Positions 27,175 through 36,721 of a stretch of DNA of 55,595 bases are shown one piece after another. Origin of the DNA: a virus. Lineage: Duplodnaviria > Caudoviricetes. The first letter of the stretch is position 1, and every line of letters begins with the position of its first letter. The DNA is taken from the IMG/VR virus record IMGVR_UViG_3300003465_000007, positions 1-55,595 of that record; one strand, written 5' to 3'. The notes beneath the pieces were generated by a model. That model was not told the DNA's origin, did not search any database, and saw only the letters and a list, made by a program, of their open reading frames with translations. A program made the position numbers and the translations under genes.

Positions 27175-28092
27175 TCAATTCGTGATTCTTTGGGCCATCT
27201 GCCACAGGCCATAGCCCGCGCTGCAGCGCATGTCCACGCCGTACGCGAATTTCTTGGTCTTGAAGACCTCCGCGTCCGAAGGGTTGTTCACTGCCGCGAA
27301 TTCCGGCTGCTTCCGCCACTGGAAGAGCAGGGGCTTGATCGGCTGGCGCGTGCACAGCAGGAACCAGTCGTTCAGGTCGGTGAGCAGCGAATCGACCATG
27401 ATGTCCGCCGCGTTCAGCAGCACGTTGGACTGCTGCGTACCGCTGGAGAGGGCGATCATGTTGGTGTGGATGAGCTGCTCGAACACGTCCTCCAGGTCCG
27501 GCGGCACAATCACCAGGTCGGGTCGCAGGTTCATCGGGCGGGCCTTCCCGTCCTTGGTGCGGCGCATGGCCGTCCGGGCAGAGATGAAGTCCGCCCGCAC
27601 TTGGGCCAGCGTGGTGCCGGTCCCGGTGTTGGTGTTGGACTGCGTGCCCGATCCGTCCTCGCTGTGGGAGGCGGAGAAGAAGTTCGCGCCGTCATAGCAG
27701 GCGGTCGAGCCCCCGGCCACCAGCGCGGTCACTGCCAGCTCCGCTGGGTAGCGGGCCGCTTCCTGCCCGAGTTGCTGGATGCGCGGGCGGATCAGGTTGT
27801 ACTTGTCGTCTTCGAGGGTGTCGCGGTCGACCTCGATCGACGCCTCGTAGTGCTTGTTCTTGAGGCTGTAGGTCGACGGCACCAACCCCTGCAGGTTGCG
27901 CTGGTCGATCCACTCGCTCATCTTGGGAACGGTGCCAAGCCAGTTATAGGACTCGGTGTCCGTCTCCGAGGGGACAATCGTGCAGTACCGCTCATAGTCC
28001 ACCGCGCTCGACGCGGCCAGGAAGGCATCCTCCCAGATCACGCGGAAGTTGGTGAACAGACCGGCCAGGAAATCGCTGGTAACGACAGCCAT
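27175..28092 (-). CDS. Major capsid protein (Mu gpT-like)
   Basis: YNWLG..PKMSEW, NKHYE.SI.V.RD..EDD, KPLLFQ.RK, AGYGLWQMA. Confidence 0.95.
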   Translation of the reverse strand: MAVVTSDFLAGLFTNFRVIWEDAFLAASSAVDYERYCTIVPSETDTESYNWLGTVPKMSEWIDQRNLQGLVPSTYSLKNKHYEASIEVDRDTLEDDKYNLIRPRIQQLGQEAARYPAELAVTALVAGGSTACYDGANFFSASHSEDGSGTQSNTNTGTGTTLAQVRADFISARTAMRRTKDGKARPMNLRPDLVIVPPDLEDVFEQLIHTNMIALSSGTQQSNVLLNAADIMVDSLLTDLNDWFLLCTRQPIKPLLFQWRKQPEFAAVNNPSDAEVFKTKKFAYGVDMRCSAGYGLWQMAQRITN

Positions 28093-28227
28093 CGGATGCG
28101 CTCCTTACGAGTGCCCCCGGTAGGTGTCCGCCTACTGCATCTTCAGCGTGAGGGGGATGTTCAATTGCCTTTCGCTTGGGTGAGGGGTGCGCCCGTTGGG
28201 AGGTACCGGGCGCACCCCTCCGGTTCG

Positions 28228-28959
28228 CTACGGGATGACGAAGAAGCTGATCTTCAGCGTCCCGTTCAGGGCCTGCGAGGCGTGGTTGTTCTGGACGAGG
28301 ATCACGACGGACCCGGCCCCCGGCGTCACCCGCGTGACTACCGGCACACCCTGAGTATTGGTGCCGTTGTCCACGCTGGCGAACACGCGGCTGGTGGCCG
28401 CGATCTTGGTGTTGGTCAGGGTCAGCGTGTACTGCGCCGCCGCGGCGGTGGTGAGCGCCTCGGAGGTAATGGTGCCGCTGAGCTGACTGAGCGTCGCCGC
28501 TCCAGCCACCGCGGTCGCCACGCCCGCGCTGGCCTGCTCGGCCTGCGGGCCGGTGGGGCTCGAAACGTAGACCCAAACGGAGGTGGCCGACACATACTCG
28601 CTGATGTAGCCGGCCAGGTTGCCGCCCGCGCCGGGGGCCAGCTGCACGGTCTGGTCGTCGAGGGCGAAGACGGGCTTGCCGACGTCGGTCTGCGCCATGC
28701 CCGCCGCCACCAGCAGGAAGTGGCGATCCGAGAGCACGCGCACGTTCTTGGCACCCGCGCTGCCCGCGCTGTTGTCGACCTTCTCGTCGGCGATGCCGAT
28801 CACCAGTTCGCCCACGGTGTTGCGGGCAGGGCGGGCATAGCCGCCGGACAGGACCACCTGCCCGCCCTTGTAAATGGTGACGCTGGCCTCGACGGGGTAG
28901 CTCTTGATGGTCCCGCTACCCTTGGACTGCGTGTTGCGATCCGCTGAAAGTGCGGTCAT
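28228..28959 (-). CDS. Head decoration/cement protein
   Basis: ALSADRNT, IYKG, GIA.E.VDNSAG, DDQTV. Confidence 0.75.
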   Translation of the reverse strand: MTALSADRNTQSKGSGTIKSYPVEASVTIYKGGQVVLSGGYARPARNTVGELVIGIADEKVDNSAGSAGAKNVRVLSDRHFLLVAAGMAQTDVGKPVFALDDQTVQLAPGAGGNLAGYISEYVSATSVWVYVSSPTGPQAEQASAGVATAVAGAATLSQLSGTITSEALTTAAAAQYTLTLTNTKIAATSRVFASVDNGTNTQGVPVVTRVTPGAGSVVILVQNNHASQALNGTLKISFFVIP

Positions 28960-28997
28960 GGATTACTCCTTGATGCGTGGGATGGGTAGCGTGGGAG

Positions 28998-30371
28998 CTA
29001 CTGCACGCCGGCTGCGGCCAGCCGCCGCTCGGCGAGGCGCTCGGAGAGCGGGCGGGTATCCGCCAGCCGCTCCTCGGGGACGCCCATCTTCTGGCCGATC
29101 GTCCGCGCGGCGTCGCCGATCTCCGGCGCGCCCTCGCTGGACTGGCTGGAGCCGTTCTCGCCGAACTCGACGAGCTTCGGCGAGCTCTCCAGGTAGGCGG
29201 TGAAGGCCTCCTGATTCGAGAGGCACAGGCTGCGCGCCCAGGACCGCATCTTCGGCAGGACCTTGCCGTCCCGGATCGCCTGATCCACCAGGGTGTCCGC
29301 CTGGTGCTCAGCCTCAAGCCGGACGTACTCGGCGTTCTTGGCCTTCTCCGCCACGAGGTCGGCCTTCACCGCCTCGTGGTCTGCGAGCTCGACCTGGGTG
29401 GCCCGCATGCGGATGAGGGCCGTCTTCACGTCCTCATCCTCCTTCAGGCCCAGCAGCGCGCGAATCTCCGCATCGGTCATGGTTTCCGCTCCTTCTTGTG
29501 AGGTGCCCGACGCCCTCGCAGACGTCGGTGGAGCGCCGGCGGGATTCGCCGCGGGCGCAGGTGGAGGGGTAGCGGCAGCGCGCGGGGTGGGATCCGCCGC
29601 GCTGGCCAGGGCAGCCGCGGCTTCGGCTGACTGCCCGGTGGGGACGTACTCGATCTTCACTGGCACCGGGGTGCCGAGCGTGACCATCCCCGCATCGTCA
29701 ATGGAGTAGGGGACCATCCAGAAGTCATCGCCATCCTGGTCCATCACGATCACACGGTCGGCGTACAGATCGCGGATCGACGGCGAGGGGCCGTCCAGGT
29801 TGGCGCCCTGCGGGTAGCAGCAGCACTCGTCATCCCACAGATACGGGTAGCTGTCGCAGAGCGCCCCGAAGACGAGCGAGCGAATGCGGTCGAAGCTGTC
29901 ATCGGAGAGGGTGACGATCGTGACCTCGCGGTTCTGGTCGTCGTGGTAGAGGGCAACGATGTCGTCGAGGCTGCTCACCGCTGGGGCGTCCTCGCCCAGC
30001 CAACTCACCGCCTTCAGCACGGCGGGGTAGACGGTGCCTTCGAACGCGGCGTTAAACCAGATCTCGCAGCTCCGCGAGCGGTAGGCGTTGGCCTTGATGA
30101 GGTCGGCCACCTTGCGCGGCACGTCCGCGAAGTCGGCCAGCAGGGTGCTGCCCTTTCGGTAGAGGTTGGTGACCCAACCCGCGGCGGGCAGGCCATCGGA
30201 GGCGAGGAGCTGCTGCTCATCGTTGTGGCCGAGCTTGCCGGGGACGTTGTAGACCCCGCGCAGGGCGTGGAAGGCGCCCACCATGGCGTCGAGATCGGCG
30301 CCCGTGTACTCGCGACCATTCCAACGCCCAATGCGAATTATTTCCACGCCTGGAATGCCTACTGTTTCCAT
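28998..30371 (-). CDS. Mu I-like prohead protease/scaffold
   Basis: GH, PAAGWV, YRSRS.E, L...PAV; C-terminal scaffold (LVDQAIRDGK). Confidence 0.9.
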   Translation of the reverse strand: METVGIPGVEIIRIGRWNGREYTGADLDAMVGAFHALRGVYNVPGKLGHNDEQQLLASDGLPAAGWVTNLYRKGSTLLADFADVPRKVADLIKANAYRSRSCEIWFNAAFEGTVYPAVLKAVSWLGEDAPAVSSLDDIVALYHDDQNREVTIVTLSDDSFDRIRSLVFGALCDSYPYLWDDECCCYPQGANLDGPSPSIRDLYADRVIVMDQDGDDFWMVPYSIDDAGMVTLGTPVPVKIEYVPTGQSAEAAAALASAADPTPRAAATPPPAPAANPAGAPPTSARASGTSQEGAETMTDAEIRALLGLKEDEDVKTALIRMRATQVELADHEAVKADLVAEKAKNAEYVRLEAEHQADTLVDQAIRDGKVLPKMRSWARSLCLSNQEAFTAYLESSPKLVEFGENGSSQSSEGAPEIGDAARTIGQKMGVPEERLADTRPLSERLAERRLAAAGVQ

Positions 30372-30417
30372 TACTGCGCTCCAGTGTGCACGAGTGGTAA
30401 AATCTGGGCATAGCAAT

Positions 30418-30461
30418 GCCCCCGCGTGGCTGTAACCACCGGGGGCTTGGCACCACGGAGG
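30418..30461 (+). ncRNA. Bulged leader hairpin upstream of HNH fragment
   Basis: GCCCCCG-C-GTGG-CTGTAA-CCAC-CGGGGGC-TTGGCAC; same fold at 38984-39027. Confidence 0.55.
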
Positions 30462-30469
30462 TCGATTCC

Positions 30470-30940
30470 ATGGCGCATCCTCAGTCTACCCCCAGCACTT
30501 TCACCTGTCCTCCGTTCGGGCAAACCCGTCCCATGCCCCCATCGCAGATCAAGAAGCTGCGCTATTGCTCTCTGGAGTGCCGGCGCGCAGCGATGACCTA
30601 CGGAGTCTGTCCTCAGTGCGGGAAGGACTTCGTGTTTCCGCGTGGACGTAAGGCCCGCTACTGCTCCCGGGCGTGCTACACCAGCGCTCGCCAACTGACT
30701 GATGCACAGTTCGTCGCACGCTTCTGGTCGCTGGTCGAGAAGAATGGTCCTGTCTTGCAAGCAGATTTGGGGCCGTGCTGGCTCTTTACGGGGCATCTGG
30801 ACAAAGACGGCTATGGCATTCTTCAGCGCGGACGGAGAGGATCCACAAACTCGGTCACGAAGCGGGCGAATCGATTCTCGTACGAACTCGCGAAGGGGCG
30901 TCTCCGTCCCGGTCAGGGTGGCCGCTTCGTAGTGCACTGA
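30470..30940 (+). pseudogene. Truncated HNH endonuclease lacking the HNH core
   Basis: Zn ribbons, RFWSLVEKNGP..LGPCW..GYG..RFSYELAKG then stop. Confidence 0.8.
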
Positions 30941-30955
30941 GCCCCTCCGTTCGGG

Positions 30956-31042
30956 CACAAAAAAAGGGGCGGTCTCCCCGTGAAGGGAGACCGCCCCGAT
31001 CTGATCTGATCCGAGGGCTATTCGCTTGCCAGGATCATACCA
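30956..31042 (-). promoter_or_regulatory. Late promoter/attenuator element, copy upstream of protease-capsid block
   Basis: TGG-TATGAT-N13-T-AGCCCTCGGATCAGATCAGATCGGGGC overlapping terminator plus T7. Confidence 0.85.
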
Positions 31043-31046
31043 CGCC

Positions 31047-31787
31047 TTAGGCGTTGTCCCGCATCTGCTGCTTGCGAATCTCGATCGTCCGCTGCTCGTC
31101 TTCCTGTTCCCTGGCGAACACCGCATTCGCATCACGTGGACGCTCCGGCAGCCAGCCGCCGGGCTCGGTGCCGTAGGGCACGTTCAGCCGGTAGCCGGTG
31201 GTGCTGGCTGCGTGATGGCGCGCGCGGTCAAGCGAGACCTGCAGGTGGAGCTGCTCTTCGTCCAACGGCGGATCCAGCTTCGTGCCGTCCATCTGGTCGA
31301 TCACCACCGCGGGCACCCACTCACGGTTGCTCCGCAGCCGGTGCCAGACCGGGGTTCCTACCTTGGGCATCGCTCGTGGCATTGCTTCCTCCTCTTCGCT
31401 GAAGTCGGTGGGCTGGTCGCTTGAGGCGTTAGCGCCATCCTCGGTCGGGTCGGCATTGGCGTCCGGGTCATCGCCGTCGCCATCGCCACCATCGTCCTCT
31501 GCAGATGGGTCAGACTCATCGCCCGTGCCACCTGAAGATTCGCCGGTCGGATCAGTGATCGGATCGGACTCTGGCGATGTTTCTGCCTGATCGGTTGCCG
31601 GATTGCTCGACAGGGCCGTTGCCTCTTCCAAGTTGGGGATCTCCGCGGAAGGATCTGTCTGCGTTGCCGTGGGGTCCGTCGTGGGTTCAGTCGTCGGTGG
31701 GGTTGCCGATCCCGTGGGGGTGGGCGCTTCCGCCTTGTCCTTCGGGGTGGGGGTCTTCGTCTTGTCCTTCGCCTGACCTTTCGCCAT
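31047..31787 (-). CDS. Acidic low-complexity protein with C-terminal globular domain
   Basis: GGAG RBS, MAKGQAK; PKVG..V...PAVV motif. Confidence 0.7.
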   Translation of the reverse strand: MAKGQAKDKTKTPTPKDKAEAPTPTGSATPPTTEPTTDPTATQTDPSAEIPNLEEATALSSNPATDQAETSPESDPITDPTGESSGGTGDESDPSAEDDGGDGDGDDPDANADPTEDGANASSDQPTDFSEEEEAMPRAMPKVGTPVWHRLRSNREWVPAVVIDQMDGTKLDPPLDEEQLHLQVSLDRARHHAASTTGYRLNVPYGTEPGGWLPERPRDANAVFAREQEDEQRTIEIRKQQMRDNA

Positions 31788-31801
31788 GGTGTGCGCTCCC
31801 T

Positions 31802-32044
31802 TCAATTGTCCCGTGCGGTGGCCATCGTCTCGTGGAGGCCACGCGCCATCGATTCGACCTTGGTCTGCCAGAGCGGGTCGCCGGAGGCCTCTATGAAGTC
31901 CGCAACCCTGGCCATGCAGCGATGTACTTCGGCGCCATCCTCGGGCGTGTTGGTTTGCAGGGATCGGTCCAGCGCAGCGCGCAGATCGTCGCGAGCCCGC
32001 TGTTCTTCCACCGTATAGTCGGCTGACCACAGACCGTCGTTCAC
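31802..32044 (-). CDS. Hypothetical protein
   Basis: GAGGAG RBS, GTG start. Confidence 0.5.
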   Translation of the reverse strand: MNDGLWSADYTVEEQRARDDLRAALDRSLQTNTPEDGAEVHRCMARVADFIEASGDPLWQTKVESMARGLHETMATARDN

Positions 32045-32141
32045 GGTTGACTCCTCACCGCAGCCTCAATCTCCATCCATTCGATCCACGCATCAGGTCC
32101 ATGGGAACCACCTCGAACGTTTGGGTGTTCATGGCCCCCTC

Positions 32142-34367
32142 CTACTTCAAGAAGTCGTACAGGTACACGCAGCGGCACCGGTCGCCGCCCTCGCAGCCGC
32201 TGTACGGCGGCATGTATCTGTCGTAGTCCGATGAGCCAACCGCGAACTCTCTCCCGTCCAGCGCCGCGCACGGGCTGCAGGTGTTCTGGTCCAGGATGGC
32301 CGAGTACTCGGCCACCTCGGCGCCGAGCTTCTTTGCCCCGTCGCTGCGGCCCGCGGACAGCGCGTCATGGATGAGGGAGGGCGCCACGTTCCGCGCCTGG
32401 CGCTCGAACACACGGGTGAGGGTGTCCATGATCTCGTTTTCGTCGAAGCGGCCGTCATCGGTCTGGCGGTTCATTAGCCGCGCGAACTCCGCCTTGCCCT
32501 GGATGACCAGGATGCCGGAGGTCGACTTCGCCTTATCCTGGAAGAACTTGAGGATGCGTGGCGGCAGGTCTTCGGCGTCGAAGTCGTCGTCAATCGCCAG
32601 GCTGGCGCTGCTCTCCTGCTTCCGCGCTTCCGCCTGCACCTGGCGCTGGCCGTTGCGGTACTGGTCGACCATCGCCTCGAGGATGGCGGTGGTGAGGTCC
32701 GCGCGGTTCGGCACGTCGATTTTGTCCACGTCGACGTGCTTCCCCTTGTCCACGAACTTCGTCTGCGCGACCCGCACCAGCTCCGCGATTTGCTGGCGCT
32801 GCACGGGTGCGACCGCGGCCACGAAGTCCCGCTTGGCCTGCTCAATCCCCGCGTCGATGGCCGCCAGGTCGGTGCGCTGCTCCCGTGGTCGCAGGTCGCG
32901 CCAGAAGAGCCGTGGTGCCCCCTTCGCGGCGAGCTGTGCCTTGGCAGCTTCCCCGCCTTCGCCCGTCTCGCCCTGGGAATCGGCATCCACGGTGGGGCTA
33001 CCGCCTCCCTCTTCGGTCGCCTCCTGGGGCAGGTCGGGCAAGCCAAGCTCCCGCCGCACGAAGTTCTCCGTGTCAGCGTCCGCGGTAAGCCCACCGCTGG
33101 TGAAGAGCTGCGCGATCTGGCCGAGCCATTCTTGGACCTTGCGCTGGTCGAGGTCGGCGACCACCACCATGGGATAGCGGTCGACCTGGAAGTTGAGATC
33201 CACCAGCGCGCGCACCAGGATGCGGTTGTACTCCCGGGCGATCAGCCAGGCGTGCGCCTTCAGCGCCATCAGGAAGAAGCTGGACTGATCGCGCGAGAGC
33301 GCCCAGGATCCGCTACCGCTGTCAAGGTTGAGGAAGCCGGCCAGCACGCTCCGAGCGATCATGCGGTCGTGGTGCTCGATGCTGGGCATGATGTCGCGCG
33401 GCCGTCCGTTCGGGGCCTCCAGGCGGAACTTCCAGCCGTAGGGGGCCAGCACGTAGCTCTTCTCATGGGCGTGCAGACTCATCAGGACCTTGGCCGCGAA
33501 GTCGCGATCGCTCTTCTGCGCGCCCTGGGGCTCCTCGAACACCGGGATGGCCAGCGCGTTCCGCTCCGCCCCGATTGCGTCGATCTTGTAGAAGGTCTCT
33601 TTCATGAACCAATGCTTGTAGGCGGAGCGCAGCAGCGAGATACCCTCGAAGTTGCTGCCCTCCTGGTCGAGCGTCCAGCGCACCAGGCCCGGGGTTGCGG
33701 CGCCCTTCCACGCGGGGATGTCGCGGAACTCGTACGTTCCGCCCTGGCTGATCAGGTTGGGGCCGACGGAGGCGCTCATGCGCGGTGCCTCGGTGCGCTT
33801 CGCCGGCACCCACACGCGCTGCTGGTAGATGTCCAGCTCGCCCTCGGGCGTCGGGTACCAGCGGTAGGTAGCTCGGGCGAGGCGCGGCGCCAGCCGGTCC
33901 AGGCGGATGCGGCGGTCAGCGCCCAGGGCCCAGATCGGCTCGGCGACCGCGTAGCCGTAGCGGTAGCAGCTCAGCGCGTGGGCCAGTCCGATCGGCTGCT
34001 GGCTGCCATCGCTGAAGAGGTTGTCGTGCACGAACTGCGCGATCTCGACGTCCTGCGGATCGTCGCTGGCCGGGTTGGTGGTCCAGGTGGCCGTCATGAG
34101 GGGCAGCTCGCAGACCTTGACCACCGCGCGCACCTGGCCATCGGAGCGGTACATGCGGTCGTACGCCCTGACCGCCTTGTCGCCCACCAGGTCCTGGAGG
34201 TACTCATCCCCGGTCAGGATGCCGTTCAGGAAGATGGTGCCGGTCGCCCCGCGCTCCTCGAAGCGGCCTGGCTCTTCCGCGGCCAGGTGGGCCGCCTGGG
34301 GCATCGGCTCGGGATCGGTGCGACGACGGATGACGAAGGGTCCGATCTGCATCTGCCTCACCCTCAC
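32142..34367 (-). CDS. Portal protein (Mu gp29/DUF935-like) fused to MuF-like minor head domain
   Basis: GYAVAE.IW, SLLRSAYKHW.K, GSWALS; C-terminal D..TC..C..LDG...CRC. Confidence 0.9.
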   Translation of the reverse strand: MRVRQMQIGPFVIRRRTDPEPMPQAAHLAAEEPGRFEERGATGTIFLNGILTGDEYLQDLVGDKAVRAYDRMYRSDGQVRAVVKVCELPLMTATWTTNPASDDPQDVEIAQFVHDNLFSDGSQQPIGLAHALSCYRYGYAVAEPIWALGADRRIRLDRLAPRLARATYRWYPTPEGELDIYQQRVWVPAKRTEAPRMSASVGPNLISQGGTYEFRDIPAWKGAATPGLVRWTLDQEGSNFEGISLLRSAYKHWFMKETFYKIDAIGAERNALAIPVFEEPQGAQKSDRDFAAKVLMSLHAHEKSYVLAPYGWKFRLEAPNGRPRDIMPSIEHHDRMIARSVLAGFLNLDSGSGSWALSRDQSSFFLMALKAHAWLIAREYNRILVRALVDLNFQVDRYPMVVVADLDQRKVQEWLGQIAQLFTSGGLTADADTENFVRRELGLPDLPQEATEEGGGSPTVDADSQGETGEGGEAAKAQLAAKGAPRLFWRDLRPREQRTDLAAIDAGIEQAKRDFVAAVAPVQRQQIAELVRVAQTKFVDKGKHVDVDKIDVPNRADLTTAILEAMVDQYRNGQRQVQAEARKQESSASLAIDDDFDAEDLPPRILKFFQDKAKSTSGILVIQGKAEFARLMNRQTDDGRFDENEIMDTLTRVFERQARNVAPSLIHDALSAGRSDGAKKLGAEVAEYSAILDQNTCSPCAALDGREFAVGSSDYDRYMPPYSGCEGGDRCRCVYLYDFLK

Positions 34368-34645
34368 CGGAACCGGATCTGTCCAAGGTAGCGCTGCCGA
34401 GGCGGCTTGGGAGCCAGCTCCGTCATGGGATCGTTGGCGAGCTTCTCCAACACCAGGGGATGGGCCAGGGACATGTGCGCAACCCGCGCGCAGTGCCAGG
34501 TGTACTCACCACAGACGAGACACTGATCGCGCCCGTGGCCCGCGTTGGCACAGGTGTCGCACAGCCGAGCGCTCAGGTTGGTTCCCTTCACCAGCCGAGG
34601 CCGGACACTCACCACGTATTCGGTACAGCACTCACAGCGTCGCAT
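34364..34645 (-). CDS. Small multi-CxxC zinc finger protein
   Basis: Three CxxC pairs; overlap with portal start. Confidence 0.55.
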   Translation of the reverse strand: MRRCECCTEYVVSVRPRLVKGTNLSARLCDTCANAGHGRDQCLVCGEYTWHCARVAHMSLAHPLVLEKLANDPMTELAPKPPRQRYLGQIRFR

Positions 34646-34800
34646 GGTCTACCCCCGCTCCCATTTCGGTGCAGAGAAGAGGGATCTACGGACACCGCCG
34701 CCTTGACGATGCCCGCCAGCCGTTCGCCGGTGTCAAGGTCTTCGACGTAGCGGTCACTCAGGTCCTCACCGATGTGGATCTTGAGCCGTTGGTGTTTCAT
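34609..34800 (-). CDS. Hypothetical protein
   Basis: TGATG coupling to terminase. Confidence 0.5.
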   Translation of the reverse strand: MKHQRLKIHIGEDLSDRYVEDLDTGERLAGIVKAAVSVDPSSLHRNGSGGRPCDAVSAVPNTW

Positions 34801-36119
34801 CAGAACCTCGGCAGTTGGACGATGGGGGCCGTGAAGCCGCGATCGTAGTCCTGAAAATCGGCGAACGATCCCGCCTGTATGGCGAGGCCCGGGATGACGT
34901 AGCGCAGTCCGTCCAGGCGATGGAATTGCTCTTTGTCCTTGATCTTGTCGGTCACCTCGCCGTCCTCGGTCAGCACGCGGCCGTAGGTTCCCAGCTCGTC
35001 GCGCACGCCGCTGCAGGTGTCGAACACGAAGAGGGAGCGGGCCTTGAAGCGCGCGATCACGCTGTCGATGCCTGATTCCACGTCGGCCACCAGCGGTTCC
35101 TGAACCGGCACGCCGGCCGCGGTCCAGTCCATGCGCTGCTGACTCTCCGACTTGGCGCCGCCGTACCAGGTCTGGAAGTTCGTATCTCGCACGCGCTCCA
35201 GCGCCTCGGCCGCGTGCTCAGCCGTCGTCTTGCCTCCGCTCAACGATTCGTTGTACAGGTAGGCCACGCCCGTCACCGGATCCTCGGCGACCAGGATCCG
35301 GGCGGTGTGCACCGCACCGAAGTCCAGCCCGCCGTACCGTGGCCAGTGGGGCGGGATGTCGAAGGCGTGCACCAGGTGGCCGCCCTGCTCGCGGTAGGTA
35401 TCGCGGAAGTCTTCGTAGATGAGCCCGGCCGGACGACTCATCTGGCCGAGCACGAACATCTCGTACTTCCAGCGGGCGAGGGTGCGCTGCAGCCGCTCGG
35501 CCTCTTCCTTCGGGTAGGCGGGGTTGGCCGTGCTGGGGAAGTTGATGACGTCATAGTCGCGGTCGCCGGCTTGCCAGCGGTCGTACCACTGCTGCTTGAG
35601 CCAGCCGAGGTTGTAGGGGGTGGTGCCCCCAAACACCCGACCGCGATGGAGCGCGAGCCGTCGCTGGATGGCCTCCCAACTCTCGAGGCGGAAGGTGTTC
35701 TGTCCGCACTCATCCAGCCAGGCGGCCTTGGCGGTGGCCGACTCCAACGATTCGGGATGGGTGGCCGATCCGAAGATCACGCGCGTCTTACCGTCGTGGA
35801 AGTAGAAGGTGTGGTCGCCCGCGTGCCAGCCTCCCAGGTGCAGGGTGTGCTCGAAGAGGCGGAGGAACTCGGGCAGCATCTTCAGCTTGAGCAACGGGAA
35901 GGTGGCCGTCACCGCGAGGTAGTCACCGGGTCCGCAGCGCTGGTACTCGCGGTAGAGCCAGTGGGGCCCGAAGCTCGTCTTCCCGCCCTGGCTGCCGGCC
36001 AGAGCCAGCACGAAGCGCCGCTCCGACTGCCACGCACGCGCCTGGCCGGGATGGAGGTTCAGCCGCAGATCGCCATCGGGCGTGATCTCGGTCATGGGAC
36101 GGATCACCGGGGCGGTCAC
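34800..36119 (-). CDS. terL: Terminase large subunit
   Basis: GSQGGKT Walker A, WLDE Walker B, TTP, GLDFG, H.LD.LRY. Confidence 0.95.
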   Translation of the reverse strand: MTAPVIRPMTEITPDGDLRLNLHPGQARAWQSERRFVLALAGSQGGKTSFGPHWLYREYQRCGPGDYLAVTATFPLLKLKMLPEFLRLFEHTLHLGGWHAGDHTFYFHDGKTRVIFGSATHPESLESATAKAAWLDECGQNTFRLESWEAIQRRLALHRGRVFGGTTPYNLGWLKQQWYDRWQAGDRDYDVINFPSTANPAYPKEEAERLQRTLARWKYEMFVLGQMSRPAGLIYEDFRDTYREQGGHLVHAFDIPPHWPRYGGLDFGAVHTARILVAEDPVTGVAYLYNESLSGGKTTAEHAAEALERVRDTNFQTWYGGAKSESQQRMDWTAAGVPVQEPLVADVESGIDSVIARFKARSLFVFDTCSGVRDELGTYGRVLTEDGEVTDKIKDKEQFHRLDGLRYVIPGLAIQAGSFADFQDYDRGFTAPIVQLPRF

Positions 36120-36706
36120 GTGTCGTCCTCAGCTGCGGGTTCGGCTTCGACGTCGGCCGGCAGCACTGCGGTGATGGTCCGGATGGTGATGGGCCGCTCG
36201 GCATCGCCCTGGTGGAGGTGGACATCCTTGCGGGCACCGAGTTCCTTGGCGATGTCATCCAGCAGGCCGCGGAACTGCTCGACCTCCTGATGGTTGAAGC
36301 GGAGGATATCCACCCGTTCGGCGTGCTCTCCGCTACCAATCTGCTTGACATCGGGGAGCCATCGACGATTGTTCTCCCCTTCCTCGGTGAGCTCGGCGAA
36401 GAGCACGTCTGCCAGCCGCTTCATGGACTGGATGCGCTCGTGGATGAGGGCATAGCCACTGTCCATGATCTCGCGGCGGTAGGCTGCTTCTCGCTCTTCG
36501 GCCTCTCTGGCTTCGCGGTCGGCGATCTCGGAGAGACGCGCCTGCCAGCCGTAGGCGACCGACCAGGCTTTGAGGGTTGCGAGCCGTGTGGTTGGGCTCG
36601 CTTTGGGCGCATTCTGGTAGCGCTCCAGCAAGCCCGCCAGGCTGCGCCCTGGTCCCAGAGCGAGATAGTCCGCCCATGCCTGTTGCGCTCGTGGTGTCTC
36701 TCGCAC
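36116..36706 (-). CDS. terS: Terminase small subunit
   Basis: N-terminal Y..LGP.RSL...WS..Y.W..R; overlaps terL. Confidence 0.8.
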   Translation of the reverse strand: MRETPRAQQAWADYLALGPGRSLAGLLERYQNAPKASPTTRLATLKAWSVAYGWQARLSEIADREAREAEEREAAYRREIMDSGYALIHERIQSMKRLADVLFAELTEEGENNRRWLPDVKQIGSGEHAERVDILRFNHQEVEQFRGLLDDIAKELGARKDVHLHQGDAERPITIRTITAVLPADVEAEPAAEDDT

Positions 36707-36721
36707 GCGCTTCTCCGCGCC

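Noticed and set aside
26004-34367. Transposable Mu-type phage
   Set aside because: Head genes are Mu-like, but there is no MuA/MuB and a tyrosine integrase is present
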